A DNA stretch of 64,000 nt from an uncultured Chloroflexia bacterium (GCA_963734535.1 CAVTHS010000006.1:128001-192000), one strand, 5' to 3'; positions 1-11,514 are shown, counted from the stretch's first letter. A program made the numbers and translations. Notes: a model not told the origin generated them from the letters alone.

Positions 1-542
1 CGCCGGTTCATGTCCGACTCCGCGAGCAGCACCCATGTCGCGACCGACGTTGCGTCCCAGCCTCGCTCCCGGCCGATCTGCGGCGCAAGACGTCGATACC
101 GGTCGACCTGCGCGATCGTGCCGGCCGGGTCGGGGATCTCCGTCTTCAGCTCGACCACGAGCAGGACGCGCCGCGCCGCATGCCAGGCGAGGATGTCGAT
201 CACCCCGCGCTCGCCCCAGGACGAGAACGAGACCTCCGTCGCGAACTCCCAGCCCGGCGTGCTCGCAAGATGCGCCGCGAACAGCTCGTGCAGGCGCGAA
301 TGCCGCTCATTGACGATGCGCGCCACCTCGCCGCCCCGCCAGGTGGGCACGATCTCGATCCCGACCTCGAGCACGCCGGCAATCGCTCGCAGGCGCCCGG
401 TCGAGACATCGCGCACCTGGCCGCGTTCGGTCCGCGAGACCCACGACCGGTCGACGCCGGCGGCAGCCGCGACGTCCTCCTGTCGAAGTCGGCGCCGAAT
501 CCGGATCGCCCGCAGGAGCGCGCCAAGGCGCTGGTCGTCCAT
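1..542 (-). CDS. XRE-family HTH protein with C-terminal PD-(D/E)xK nuclease-like domain (runs off window edge)
   Basis: Manual translation (absent from ORF track because there is no stop in the window): MDDQRLGALLRAIRIRRRLRQEDVAAAAGVDRSWVSRTERG (HTH) ... EVSFSSWGERGVIDILAW...LLVVELKTE (D...ExK motif). Confidence 0.8.
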   Translation of the reverse strand, partial: MDDQRLGALLRAIRIRRRLRQEDVAAAAGVDRSWVSRTERGQVRDVSTGRLRAIAGVLEVGIEIVPTWRGGEVARIVNERHSRLHELFAAHLASTPGWEFATEVSFSSWGERGVIDILAWHAARRVLLVVELKTEIPDPAGTIAQVDRYRRLAPQIGRERGWDATSVATWVLLAESDMNR

Positions 543-548
543 TCCACG

Positions 549-580
549 ATCATGCCGATCGGCGCTCACCCGCCGATTAC
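549..580 (-). promoter_or_regulatory. Putative promoter: GTAA-N7-GTGA direct repeat, N11, CATGAT (-10), 6 nt before ATG
   Basis: Same architecture recurs at 42045-42076 and 45191-45222. Confidence 0.5.
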
Positions 581-823
581 CGCGCACCCCGACCGATCGC
601 CCGCCTCCCGCCGACTACCGCGCGCCGCGGCCCGCCTCGGTACCCGGTCCCGCAATGCCGCAGGGACGCGAGGGCCAGGTCGCGCTCCACCCGGCGATCG
701 AACCTGGCACCTCCGTGACGAGCGGCGAACGCGGCCCGACCATGCTCATCACGCCCTCGGCTCCTCTTCCAGGGCGCAGGGACTTTCACAGCCCGTCCTC
801 GTGGCGGATACACTCCCGCCATC

Positions 824-1627
824 GTGAAAGTGGTCATCCTCGCCGGCGGTCTCGGCACACGCCTGTCGGAAGAGACTGCCTCGCGGCCCAAGCCCATGGT
901 GGAGATCGGCGAGCGCCCGATCCTGTGGCACATCATGAAGAGCTACAGCCATTACGGCTTCAACGACTTCGTGGTGTGCCTGGGCTACAAGGGCTACGTC
1001 ATCAAGGAGTACTTCTCGAACTACTTCCTGCACATGTCCGACGTGACGTTCGACATGAGCGACAACTCGATGAAGGTGCACCAGAACGCCGCCGAGCCGT
1101 GGCGCGTGACGCTCGTGGACACCGGGGCCGAGACCCAGACGGGAGGCCGGCTCAAGCGGGTCGGCGAGTACGTCCGCGATGGCACCTTCATGCTGACCTA
1201 CGGGGATGGCGTCGCCGACGTTGACATCGCGAAGCTGCTCGAGTTCCACCGGGCCCACGGGAAGCTCGCGACCATCACGGCCGTCCAGCCGCTGGGGCGT
1301 TTCGGGGCGCTCCTGATCGACGAGGACAAGCCCGATGGACCCGTCTCCGCCCCCGTCGTCCGTGCCTTCCAGGAGAAGCCGGAGGGCGACGGCGCCTGGG
1401 TGAACGGCGGGTTCTTCGTGCTGGAGCCAGCCGTATTGGACCGTCTCGGGGGGGATGACATGCCGTTCGAGCGCGCGCCGCTCGAGGGCCTTTCGGCCGA
1501 CGGCGAGCTGCGGGCCTACCGCCATCGCGGCTTCTGGCAGCCCATGGACGCCCTTCGCGACCTTCGCACGCTCGAGGCGCTGTGGGACGCCGGCGCAGCG
1601 CCCTGGGCGGTCTGGACCAGAACGTGA
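824..1627 (+). CDS. rfbF: Glucose-1-phosphate cytidylyltransferase
   Basis: MKVVILAGGLGTRLSEET..PKPMVEIG, TQTGGRLK, TYGDG, GFWQPMD motifs; TACACT -10 just upstream. Confidence 0.95.
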   Translation: MKVVILAGGLGTRLSEETASRPKPMVEIGERPILWHIMKSYSHYGFNDFVVCLGYKGYVIKEYFSNYFLHMSDVTFDMSDNSMKVHQNAAEPWRVTLVDTGAETQTGGRLKRVGEYVRDGTFMLTYGDGVADVDIAKLLEFHRAHGKLATITAVQPLGRFGALLIDEDKPDGPVSAPVVRAFQEKPEGDGAWVNGGFFVLEPAVLDRLGGDDMPFERAPLEGLSADGELRAYRHRGFWQPMDALRDLRTLEALWDAGAAPWAVWTRT

Positions 1628-2841
1628 CGGGTGCACCGTCCAGGCCAGAGCCGGTGCCGAGCGGGCAGCGGGTCAGGCCCTGCCCGGTCTGCGGGTCCGT
1701 TTCGCAGGATCTTCTCTACCAGCAGCGATTCGAGCACTTCGCCGCAGGCAGCATCACCGACGCCTACGACGTCGTCGCATGTCGAACCTGCGGGATGTGC
1801 TTCGCCTCAGGTCTCCCGGATCAGCAGCGCTTCGCCCAGTACTACGCGGATTCGTCGAAGTACGACCTCACTGCCGAAGGTGCACAGCTGTCGACTCGAG
1901 ATGTCGACAGGTACGCGGACCAGGCTCGATTCGTCGCGACGAACGTCGCCGACCGGACCCTCCCTGTCCTGGATGTCGGCACCGCCACCGGTGGCTTTCT
2001 CCTTGCACTTCGAGACGCGGGATTCGCACGGCCGTTTGGCGTCGATCCTTCGCCGGACGCGGTCCGCGTCGCTCGAGACTCGTTCGGTCTGGACGTCGCC
2101 GTCGGCGGGTTGGCGGAAGCGAAAGCGTGGGGCCAGGAGTTCGGGCTCGTGACCTACGTCGCGGTCCTGGAGCATGTCCTTGAACCACGCGAACAGGTGC
2201 GCGCCGTCAGCCGCCTGCTCCGACGCGACGGGCTCCTCTTCGTCAGCGTTCCCGCCGGGGGGTCGTTCAAGGATCACGTTGACGCCCCATTCCAGGAGTT
2301 CAGCGTCGAGCACATCAACTACTTCACGAGCCGTTCGCTTGCGAACGCGATGGGAGCTGAGGGATTCAGCCCGGCTGCGGAGCGCGTCGTCGTGCTGCCG
2401 CTGGGCACGGACGGCCACGGACCTGCGCTCGAAGCCGTGTACCGCTGGGACGGCATCGTGCGCCCACCGCAGCCCGACCCGTCAGGGGCGGACGACCTCC
2501 GCGAGTACATACGTCGCTGCGGGGGCGTGGAGGCGACGAATCTCGAGCGCATCGCACGCCTGGCTTCCTCAGGAGAGCGAATCTACGTGTGGGGGACCGG
2601 CACCCACACTCTTCACCTGCTCAAGACCTCGCGCTTGGGCGACTGTCGGATCGAAGCCTTCCTCGACTCGAACCCGCACTATGCCGGCGGCGTGCTGGCC
2701 GGTCGCCGCGTGATCGCGCCGTCTGACCTGCCAGTAGCCGATGCGCCCATCCTGGTGTCCTCGGCTGTCAGCCAGTCGGGCATTGCAGATGCTGCACGTG
2801 AACGATTCGGGCCTGACGTGCAGCTCATCCTGCTCTACTGA
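1624..2841 (+). CDS. Class I SAM-dependent methyltransferase with N-terminal Zn ribbon (sugar methyltransferase-like)
   Basis: CPVC/CRTC, VLDVGTATG, VLEHV, EHINYF, C-terminal WGTG Rossmann-like segment; GTG overlaps rfbF stop. Confidence 0.8.
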   Translation: MTGAPSRPEPVPSGQRVRPCPVCGSVSQDLLYQQRFEHFAAGSITDAYDVVACRTCGMCFASGLPDQQRFAQYYADSSKYDLTAEGAQLSTRDVDRYADQARFVATNVADRTLPVLDVGTATGGFLLALRDAGFARPFGVDPSPDAVRVARDSFGLDVAVGGLAEAKAWGQEFGLVTYVAVLEHVLEPREQVRAVSRLLRRDGLLFVSVPAGGSFKDHVDAPFQEFSVEHINYFTSRSLANAMGAEGFSPAAERVVVLPLGTDGHGPALEAVYRWDGIVRPPQPDPSGADDLREYIRRCGGVEATNLERIARLASSGERIYVWGTGTHTLHLLKTSRLGDCRIEAFLDSNPHYAGGVLAGRRVIAPSDLPVADAPILVSSAVSQSGIADAARERFGPDVQLILLY

Positions 2842-2849
2842 CGCGGCAG

Positions 2850-3965
2850 ATGGGCCTGGCTGAGAGCTACGCCGACCGTCGCGTCTTCGTCACCGGCCAC
2901 ACCGGGTTCAAGGGGGCGTGGCTCGCGGAGTGGCTCGGGTCCCTGGGCGCCGAGGTGACCGGCTACGCGTTGGATCCGCCCACCCAGCCGAACCTCTTCG
3001 ACGCGCTCGGCCTCGGTGCACGACTCAAGCACGTGGTCGCCGACATCCGCGATCGTGACCGCGTGGTGGCCGAAGTCCATGCCGCGCAGCCGTCCGTGAT
3101 CTTCCATCTCGCCGCCCGGGCACTCGTCCGCCGCGCGTATGCCGAGCCGCACGAGACCTTCGAGACGAACGTCATGGGAACCGTCAACGTGCTCGAGGCG
3201 GCGCGTGCCTGTCCTTCGGTACGCGCCGTCGTGGTCGTCACGAGCGACAAGTGCTACCAGAACCTGGAGGTCGGGCGGCCCTTCCGCGAGACCGACGCGA
3301 TGGGCGGCCGCGACCCGTACAGCGCGAGCAAGGGATGCGCCGAGCTCGTAACGGCGGCCTACCGCGAGAGCTACTTCACCGAGGGCGCGGCCGTCGCGTC
3401 GGCGCGGGCCGGGAACGTCATCGGCGGCGGCGACTGGGCTGCTGATCGGATCGTCCCCGACTGCGTGCGCGCCCTGGCGGCCGGCGATCCGATCGTCGTT
3501 CGGAATCCCGATGCCGTTCGGCCGTGGCAGCATGTCCTCGAGCCGCTGTCGGGATATCTCTGGCTCGGCGCTCTCATGCTTCGCGAAGGTCACCGATACG
3601 AGGGCCCCTGGAACTTCGGACCCACCGAGGCTGGCGGCGCCCGGCCCGTGCGCTGGGTCGTGGACCGATTCGTGGACGAGTGGGGCTCCGGTTCGTGGAC
3701 GACGCCCGCGGATGCGGGGCGGCAGCCGCACGAAGCCCACCACCTGAGCCTCGACAGCTCCAAGGCACGCGAGCAGCTCGAATGGGCGCCGGTCTGGGAC
3801 CCGCAGACGGCGGTGCACCGGACGGCAGCCTGGTATCGCGAGTACTACCGGGCGCCGGAGACGGCTCGTGAGCTGGTCGAGCACCAACTCCGAGCCTACC
3901 AGGGTGATGCCGTTGCCGCGGGTCTGCCCTGGGCCGGCGCCGGCGAGACAGGGCGGATCGTATGA
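2850..3965 (+). CDS. rfbG: CDP-glucose 4,6-dehydratase
   Basis: VTGHTGFKGAWL, TSDKCY, DPYSASK, RAGNVIGGGDW, RPWQHVLEPLSGY. Confidence 0.95.
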   Translation: MGLAESYADRRVFVTGHTGFKGAWLAEWLGSLGAEVTGYALDPPTQPNLFDALGLGARLKHVVADIRDRDRVVAEVHAAQPSVIFHLAARALVRRAYAEPHETFETNVMGTVNVLEAARACPSVRAVVVVTSDKCYQNLEVGRPFRETDAMGGRDPYSASKGCAELVTAAYRESYFTEGAAVASARAGNVIGGGDWAADRIVPDCVRALAAGDPIVVRNPDAVRPWQHVLEPLSGYLWLGALMLREGHRYEGPWNFGPTEAGGARPVRWVVDRFVDEWGSGSWTTPADAGRQPHEAHHLSLDSSKAREQLEWAPVWDPQTAVHRTAAWYREYYRAPETARELVEHQLRAYQGDAVAAGLPWAGAGETGRIV

Positions 3966-5338
3966 GCCATACGCGCAACGCGGCGGCAGACACCCGCGAC
4001 GAGATCCTGGCGCTCGTGAGCAGGTACTACCAGGAGCGGCACGCGCCCCCGCCGTTCGACCCCGGCCGTGACCCGGTCCGCTATGCCGGGCGCGTGTTCG
4101 GCGAGGAGGAGATGCGCCTCCTCGTTGACTCGAGCCTCGACTTCTACCTCACCGCCAGCCGGTTCACGGAGCAGTTCGAAGCGGGCATCGCCGACTACCT
4201 CGGTCTCTCGGACGCCCTGTTCGTCAACTCCGGCTCGTCGGCGAATCTCGTGGCACTGACGACGCTCACCTCCCCCAGGCTCGGTGATCGGCGCCTCAAG
4301 CCCGGCGACGAGGTCATCACCGTGGCCGCGGGCTTCCCGAGCACCGTGGCGCCGATCGTCCAGAACGGCCTGGTGCCGGTGTTCGTCGACGTCCGCCTCG
4401 GCGACTACAACGCGGATCCCGAGCAGCTCCGCGCGGCAGTCTCGCCGCGGACGCGCGCCATCATGCTGGCGCACACGCTGGGCGTCCCGTTCGACCTCGA
4501 CGCGGTCATGGCGTTGGTCGAGAAGCACGAGCTGTGGCTGGTCGAGGACAACTGCGATGCCCTGGGCTCGCGCTTCCGCGACCGTCTCACCGGGACCTTC
4601 GGCCACCTCGCCACGTCGTCGTTCTATCCGGCGCACCACATCACCACCGGCGAAGGCGGCATGGTGGTCACCGACCACGACGAGCTGGCGCGCATCGCCC
4701 GCTCGATCCGCGACTGGGGCCGCGACTGCTACTGCGCGGGGGGCGAGAACAACACCTGCGGCAAGCGCTTCGGCCAGCAGTTCGGAAGCCTGCCGTACGG
4801 GTACGACCACAAGTACGTGTACAGCCACCTCGGCTACAACCTGAAGGCGACCGACATGCAGGCCGCGATCGGCTGCGCACAGCTGGCGCGCCTCGACGCG
4901 TTCGTCGCGGCCCGGAAGCGCAACCACGCCCGGCTGCTCGAGGCACTGCGCCCGTACGAGGACCGCCTCCTCCTGCCGGTGTCGCCGCCGCACACCGACC
5001 CGTCGTGGTTCTGCTTCGTGATCACCGTGCGCGACGACGCCGGCTTCACGAGGAACGAGCTGACCGGCTTCCTCGAGGCCAACCGCATCGAGACCCGGAC
5101 CCTGTTCAGCGGCAACCTGCTCCGGCATCCGGCGTTCGAGGCGATCGAGCGCCGCGTCGTCGGCGACCTGGCCAACACGGATGTCGTCATGAACCGGACC
5201 TTCTTCGTCGGCGTCTACCCGGGCATCGACGACGCGCGCCTGGACTACGTGATCGACGCGTTCGGACGGTTCATGGCCGGTGGGAGAGCGGCCGCCAGGT
5301 CCACGGACGCTGACACGCCGTCGCCCGCGGAGCGGTGA
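3962..5338 (+). CDS. rfbH: CDP-4-keto-6-deoxy-D-glucose 3-dehydrase (E1, RfbH/DdhC)
   Basis: NSGSSANL, EDNCDALG, SFYPAHHITTGEGG (His at the usual Lys position), RDWGRDCYC..NTC, YDHKY. Confidence 0.95.
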   Translation: MSHTRNAAADTRDEILALVSRYYQERHAPPPFDPGRDPVRYAGRVFGEEEMRLLVDSSLDFYLTASRFTEQFEAGIADYLGLSDALFVNSGSSANLVALTTLTSPRLGDRRLKPGDEVITVAAGFPSTVAPIVQNGLVPVFVDVRLGDYNADPEQLRAAVSPRTRAIMLAHTLGVPFDLDAVMALVEKHELWLVEDNCDALGSRFRDRLTGTFGHLATSSFYPAHHITTGEGGMVVTDHDELARIARSIRDWGRDCYCAGGENNTCGKRFGQQFGSLPYGYDHKYVYSHLGYNLKATDMQAAIGCAQLARLDAFVAARKRNHARLLEALRPYEDRLLLPVSPPHTDPSWFCFVITVRDDAGFTRNELTGFLEANRIETRTLFSGNLLRHPAFEAIERRVVGDLANTDVVMNRTFFVGVYPGIDDARLDYVIDAFGRFMAGGRAAARSTDADTPSPAER

Positions 5339-5345
5339 GGCTCGC

Positions 5346-6039
5346 GTGGCGGTCGTTCGCAAGATCCCCTGCCTGGTGCGCGCGGTGACCGATCATGGCG
5401 AGCATGTCTACACCGTCGAGCTCGAGCCGACCATGGCGGTGCCGAGCTTCAAACCCGGGCAGTTCCTCCACCTTGCCCTCGACGAGCCCCAGCCGGGCGG
5501 CTTCTGGCCGGAATCGCGGGTGTTCTCGATTGCCAGCTCTCCCCGGGATCGGGACCGGCTGGCGATCACGTACGCGGTCAAGGGTGCGTTCACGACGCGG
5601 ATGGAGCGCGAGCTGGCCCCGGGAGGGAGCGCCTGGGTGAAGCTGCCGTACGGCGAGTTCGTGGTCGACTCGACCAGGGACGCCGTGCTGTTCGCAGGCG
5701 GCACGGGCGTCACCGCGTTCACGGCATTCCTGCAATCGCTGCAGGCGGAGCAGGCCACCCGCGTGCTGCTCTTCTACGGCGCACGGAAGCCGGACCTCTT
5801 CGTCTACGGGCCTCTCGCCGAGGCCCGTGCTCGCGAGGTCCCCGCGCTGACGCTGCAGCCTCGTGTGCGAAGAGACCGACGGCCGCCTCCAGGTGGACGC
5901 CGCATGGCCGGCCATCGCGCCGCTGCACGACCCGGTCTTCTACCTGAGCGGGCCGCCGCCGATGCTCGAAGCGCTCACGGCACAGTTGCGGGTCCGCGAG
6001 GTGCCAACGGAGGCCATCCGTACCGATGCCTGGGAGTGA
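5346..6039 (+). CDS. FAD/NAD(P)H ferredoxin-reductase-like protein (DdhD/AscD E3-like partner); apparent frameshift near 5860
   Basis: FKPGQFLHL, RVFSIASS, LPYGEF, FAGGTGVTAF, then FYLSGPP in another frame. Confidence 0.75.
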
Positions 6040-7129
6040 GGATCAGCGGGCGCGAGGGCGGGCCGTCTCTTCCCGAGCGACCTCGACGAAGTCGTCCGGC
6101 AGGACCAGACCCTGTTCGAGGGACTGCGAGGAGCGCGCGCTCTTCATGACCGGTGGCACCGGGTTCGTCGGCCGCTGGATGCTCGAGAGCCTCCTCTGGG
6201 CCGACGCACGCCTTGGCCTCGATGTGCAGGGTGGTAGTTGCTGACTCGAGACCCCGAGGCATTCCGACGACGATTCCCGCATCTGGCTACCGCCCGCCGG
6301 AGTCGAGCTGCTGCCGCGGCGACGTTCGCACCTTTGACTTCCCGGACGGCAGGTTCGACCGGGTCATACACCTGGCCGCGGAGACGAACACACAGCTTCG
6401 CGACCCCGATCCCGAAGAGTATTTCGACGTCATTGTCGGTGGGACCCGACGAGTGCTCGATTTCGCCGGCCATTCAGGAGCTCGCTCGTTCATGCTCGTG
6501 AGTTCCGGTGCCGTGTACGGTCGCCAACCGGAATCGGTGGAGCGTTTGAAGGAGGACGATCCATACGGACCGCTGCCAACCCGTCGGGGTTCAGCCTACG
6601 GAGAGACGAAGCGGTGTGCTGAGATGCTCGCTTATGCTCGTGCCGAACGGGGCGGCCTCCACGGCAACCGTCGCCCGCTGCTTCGCGTTCGTCGGTCCGT
6701 ACCTGCCTCTCGACTCGGGCTTTGCGGTCGGCAACTTCATACGGGATGCGCTAGCCGGTGCAGAGATCGTCGTTAACGGAGACGGGACGCCTCGGCGCAC
6801 GCTCATGTATGCCGGCGACATGGCCACCTGGCTGTGGTCGGTCGCGCTCGCAGGCCGCAGTGGGCGGCCATACAACGTCGGCTCTGACGAAGTGGTGACG
6901 ATCGCCGACCTTGCTCGCCTCGTTGCGGCCTCAACCGGGGGAAGTGTCCCGGTGCGAGATCGTCGGCGACGAGAGCCAAGTGGGAGTGGGCGCCTCCTAC
7001 ATTCCTGACGTGACGCGCGCAACCACCGAGCTGGGCCTCGGTGTGACTGTCAGTCTCGCGGACGCTCTGAAACGGACGCTCGACTGGCACCGGCAGGCAG
7101 TCAGCTCCCACCTAAGTGAGGGACTCTGA
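6036..7129 (+). CDS. NAD-dependent epimerase/dehydratase (SDR; possible CDP-sugar reductase); several apparent frameshifts
   Basis: FMTGGTGFVG, IHLAAE, VSSGAVYG, YGETK, ARCFAFVGPYLP, YNVGS spread over adjacent frames. Confidence 0.8.
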
Positions 7130-8963
7130 GTGAACGTCGCGGATATGGTCGTCGAGTTCCTGGCCCAGCGTGGCGTGCGCGACGTATTCATGGTGAGTGG
7201 CGGGGGGATCATGTACCTCACCGACGCTCTGGGCCGAGCCGGGTCACCTCGCTACTGGTGCAACTACCACGAGCAGGCCTGCGCCATCGCGGCCGAGGGC
7301 TACGCGCGCATCCTTGGGACGCCCGGTGTCTGCCTCGTGACGTCCGGCCCAGGGGCCACCAACGCATTGTCCGGAATCGCGGGTGCATGGGTGGACTCGA
7401 TCCCCGTGATCGTCATCTCCGGCCAGGTTCGGCGCGACCTGATCGCGGACTACTCGCGCTGGCGCCAGCTTGGTCCGCAGGAGATCGACATCGTCGACAT
7501 GGCCAGGCCGGTGACGAAGCTCGCGCTCGAGATCGGCTGCTCCTGAAGAGGTTCCGGACGCTCTCGAGGCTGCGTGGCACGCCGCGACCAGTGGCCGACC
7601 CGGACCCGTGTGGCTGAGCATCCCGCTGGACGTCCAGGGCGCCGAGTCACGTGGCCGAGCGCATGTCAACGCGTCCGACGGCCGGCATCGAGCGCGAGTC
7701 GGGATCACCGCCTCCTCACGCGACGTGGTGTCGGCGCGATGTGCTCGACCGGTTGCGAGCGGCCGAGCCGTCCGTTGATCGTCTGCGGCAACGGCATCCA
7801 TCTCGCCGGGGCAGAGGCGCAGTTCGACGCATTCGTGCGGCGGCTGGGTGTCCCGGTCGTCGCCACCATCGGCGCCATGGACCTGCTCGGTGAGGACCAC
7901 CCGTACTTCGTCGGACGCTTCGGGCCCACCGGCCAGCGTCGGGCGAACTTCGCGCTGCAGAACGCCGACCTGCTGCTCTGTCTGGCGACGGGCATGTCGG
8001 TCGCCGCCGTCGGCTTCGACAGCGCAGGGTTTGCGCCGGGCGCCGCCAAGATCATGGTCAACATCGATGCGAACGAGATGACCCGGCCCCATCTGCGTCT
8101 CGATCTCGCGTTGGCGATGGACGTGCGGGACTTCATGCGAGCGCTGGAGGCGGCGCTGTCTCCCGGCGAGTCGCTTCGAGCGCGACCCGCTGGATCTCGG
8201 CGTGCCGCGACTGGAAGGCCCGCTATCCGCTCGTGACCCGCGAGTACGTCGAGGATCGCGAGCACGTCAACAGCTACTACCTCGCGCACGCGCTCTCGCA
8301 GGTCCTCTCCGCCGATGACGTCGTCCTCACCGGCAACTCGCTCGACGCACACTCGGTGTTCCACTCCTTCGCGGTGAAGCGGGGCCAGCGGTTGGTGACC
8401 AACGTGAACTACGGTGCGATGGGCTGGGATCTGCCGGCGCTGGTCGGCGCCTGTGTCGCGCGCAGAGGGCGCCGGGTCGTTCTGGTGACCGGAGACGGCA
8501 GCATCCAGTTCAACTCCAGGAGCTGCTCACCATCGGCGCGGGTCGGCTCAATGCCCTGATCTTCGTGCTCAACAACGGTGGCGTACCAGTCGATCCGCAG
8601 CACACAGGAACGGTTCTGCGAGGGGCGATTTGTCGGCTGCGACGAATCATCGGGAGTCTTCCAATCCATCATTCGCGGCACTCGCGGAGGCCTACGGCCT
8701 GCGGTACTACCGGCTCGAGAACAACGAGCAGGTTGATGCTCGACTCGCAGAAGTGATTGGCCGCGACCGGGCCGACGATCTGCGAGGTCAACGTCGCCTA
8801 CGGGCAGGAGCGCATCCCCCGGGTCGTCGCGAGGAGGCTCGAGGATGGGACGCTGGTGTCCGGCGCCCTGCACGACCAGTACCCGTTCCTTCCCCAATCG
8901 GAGATCGAGGTCAACATGAGCGTGTCCGCCTCGCACGACGACGTAGCCGACCAAGGAGCCTGA
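7130..8963 (+). CDS. Thiamine-diphosphate-dependent acetolactate-synthase-like enzyme (YerE-like); apparent frameshifts
   Basis: HEQACAIAAEGYAR, VTSGPGATN, ISGQV, GQRRANFALQNADLLL, GAMG, GDGSIQFN..LNN. Confidence 0.85.
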
Positions 8964-9037
8964 AGTTGTCTGAGTCCACCATCGGCCATGTCGCGGCCCG
9001 CGGGATCGGCCAAGCCGAACCAGGAGGTCTGGCACCC

Positions 9038-10043
9038 ATGCTGAACCAGGCCAGAGTGCTTGTGACAGGTGGCACTGGGTCGTTCGGGCAGGCCTTCGTG
9101 CAGCATGTCCTCGCCAACTACGAGGTCGGCGAGATCGTCGTGTTCAGCCGCGACGAGTTCAAGCAGCACGAGATGGCGCAACGGTGGCCGGTGGACTCGC
9201 ACCCGATCCGCTACTTCCTGGGCGACATCCGTGACAAGGAACGTCTGCTGCGGGCGTTCAATGGCATCGACTACGTCGTGCACGCGGCTGCACTCAAGCA
9301 GGTCCCGGCCCTCGAGGAGAACCCGATCGAGGCAGTACGGACCAACATCGTCGGGGCTCAGAACATCGTCGAGGCGGCACTTGAGCGGGGCGTTCGGCGT
9401 GTCGTGGCCATCTCGACCGACAAGGCCGTGAACCCCGTCAATCTCTATGGCGCCACGAAGCTGGTCATGGAGAAGCTGATGCTCGCGGCGAACACATACG
9501 TCCGATATCGCGACGTTCGGTTCTCAGCCGTGCGCTACGGCAACGTGGTTGGCAGTCGCGGCAGCGTCATCCTTCTCTACGCCAATCTGATCGCGCAAGG
9601 TGTGCGGGTTCTGCCGGTCACGGACTCGACCATGACCCGTTTCTGGATCACCCTCGAGCGGGGCGTCTCGCTGGTCCTGAAAGCGCTCGACGAGGCGCAG
9701 GGCGGCGAGGTCTTCGTGCCCAAGATCCCCAGCATGAGCGTGGGCGACTTGCTCGCGGCGATGCCGGTGGAGTGCTCTCCGCGGGTCATCGGCAGAAGGC
9801 CGGGCGAGAAGCTGCATGAGCTGCTGATCGGTGAGAACGAAGGCGTGCGCACTCTCGACTGCGGTGACTTCTTCGTTGTGCATGCCGGATTCCCCGAACT
9901 ACCGACCCGGACCCTGGGCCGAAGACGCCCGTCCCGTGCCGCCTGGATTCAGCTACGCGAGCGACACCAACACCGACTGGGTGACTGTGGAGGAGATGCG
10001 CCAGCTGGTGGCGTCGATGAGCGGCGCATCCGGGGTCACCTAG
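9038..10043 (+). CDS. pseB: UDP-GlcNAc 4,6-dehydratase (inverting); apparent frameshift near C-terminus
   Basis: VTGGTGSFG, SRDEFKQ, HAAALKQVP, STDKAVNPVNLYGATK, RYGNVVGSRGSV, RPGEKLHE, FSYASDTN; GGAGG RBS. Confidence 0.9.
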
Positions 10044-10449
10044 AGAAGCGCACCTCAACGCGCAGGTTGTTCCCCATCCCGATCATTCTGTCGATCGGAA
10101 CCACCCGCAGCAGCTTCAGCGCAACGCTGAGCGCATGGCCAGTTGGGATGCAGTCCACGTCCTCGCCTGAGGTCTCACTCACTAGGCGCAACCACCTTGC
10201 CTCGCCGCAGCGCCGACGATCTTTCCAGCGATAGCGGCGTCCTTCCAGTCGAACGGGAGACGGCTCCCCCAACCGTACACCCGGCCGATGTCTCGCACGG
10301 CCACCATCGTGGCAGCCTAACGCCTCGCCAAACCTCCAACGAACCGCGCTGGAGGAGTTCAGAGGACGCAACCCGAATAGATCAGCCTCGTGGTGAGTGA
10401 CCCGGCAAACAGGAGGTCGCCATGCCACTTGGGCCTCAGGTGCCCGAGT

Positions 10450-11514
10450 TCAGGAGTCGGCGATCGGCGGGATGACATCGTCCTGTCGAATTCCTCTCCC
10501 GCCACGATGTTTCGCGCCGCGTGACGTCCCCGCAACGCGTCGAGGTGGCGCGGGTGCATGCCCACGGAACGCTTGCCTGGTCGGAGGACATCGAAGTTGT
10601 CGCCCTCGACCAGAGGATCGCCGGGCGCGAGGTCCCGAGTTGCCTGGATCATGCGAACGGCGAAGCGTTTCAGTTCCGTTTCGTGAGATCCGACGGCCTT
10701 CATGCCATCGCCGCGTGCCTGTTCGGCGTGCCGGATCGACCTGACCATTGCCGTGAGCTCCTCCGGCTCGACGGCAAAGGGATGGTCCGGACCGGGCAGC
10801 CGGTTGTCCAAGGTGAAGTGCTTCTCGACGACGGTCGCGCCGAGAGCGACAGCGGCGACCGGTCCCACAATCGGATTGCGGCTGTTGATCTGAAAACCCG
10901 ACTGGCACCCCGAACCGTTGGCTGAGATAGGGGATTAACCGTCAGGTTCAAGCTGTCGGGTGGGGCAGGGCGTCCTCGAGGTGCACTGGAGCAGCGTGAT
11001 GTCGCGTGCGCCCCGCCTCCCGCACGGTTCTCAGGCAGAACTCGATGTCGTCCTCAGCGGCAGCCCCCGTGCGAGATGATGAGTGGCTTGCCGGTCGCGG
11101 CGAGCCACTGCAGCAGGCGGACGTGGTTGATCTCGTAGCTGGCCACCTTGTGTCGTCGCACGTCGATCGACGGCCTCTGCATCTGCGACGGAGAATGGCG
11201 TCGACATGAATCGATCCCCCAGTTGCTCACAGTGGGCGGCGATCTCGCCGACCAGGTCATACGGCATCTCGAGATCCGTGAAGATCTCGTTGATCGACCG
11301 ATGGATGCCCAGATCGGCGAGGTAATCGCTGGCGCCGGCGTCGACCACGTAGGTGTCACGCGCTCGGTAGGTCTGGAACTTGACGGCGTCGGCACCAGCC
11401 TCGACCGCGACCTGAACGAGTGCACGTGCCATCTGTCGGTCGCGATCCGGCGTGCCCATCCGCCAGTTGCTACCAGGCCTCGGCAATGACGAATACGTGC
11501 TGGGCGCCGTTCAT
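10450..11514 (-). CDS. pseI: Pseudaminic/sialic acid synthase (NeuB family, SAF domain); multiple apparent frameshifts
   Basis: VFVIAEA, AGADAVKFQTY, FMSTPF, KVASYEI, VGFSD, EKHFTLD..GPDHPFA, RPG. Confidence 0.85.

Noticed and set aside
10043-10450. Small CDS between pseB and pseI
   Set aside because: No recognisable motif, start or RBS
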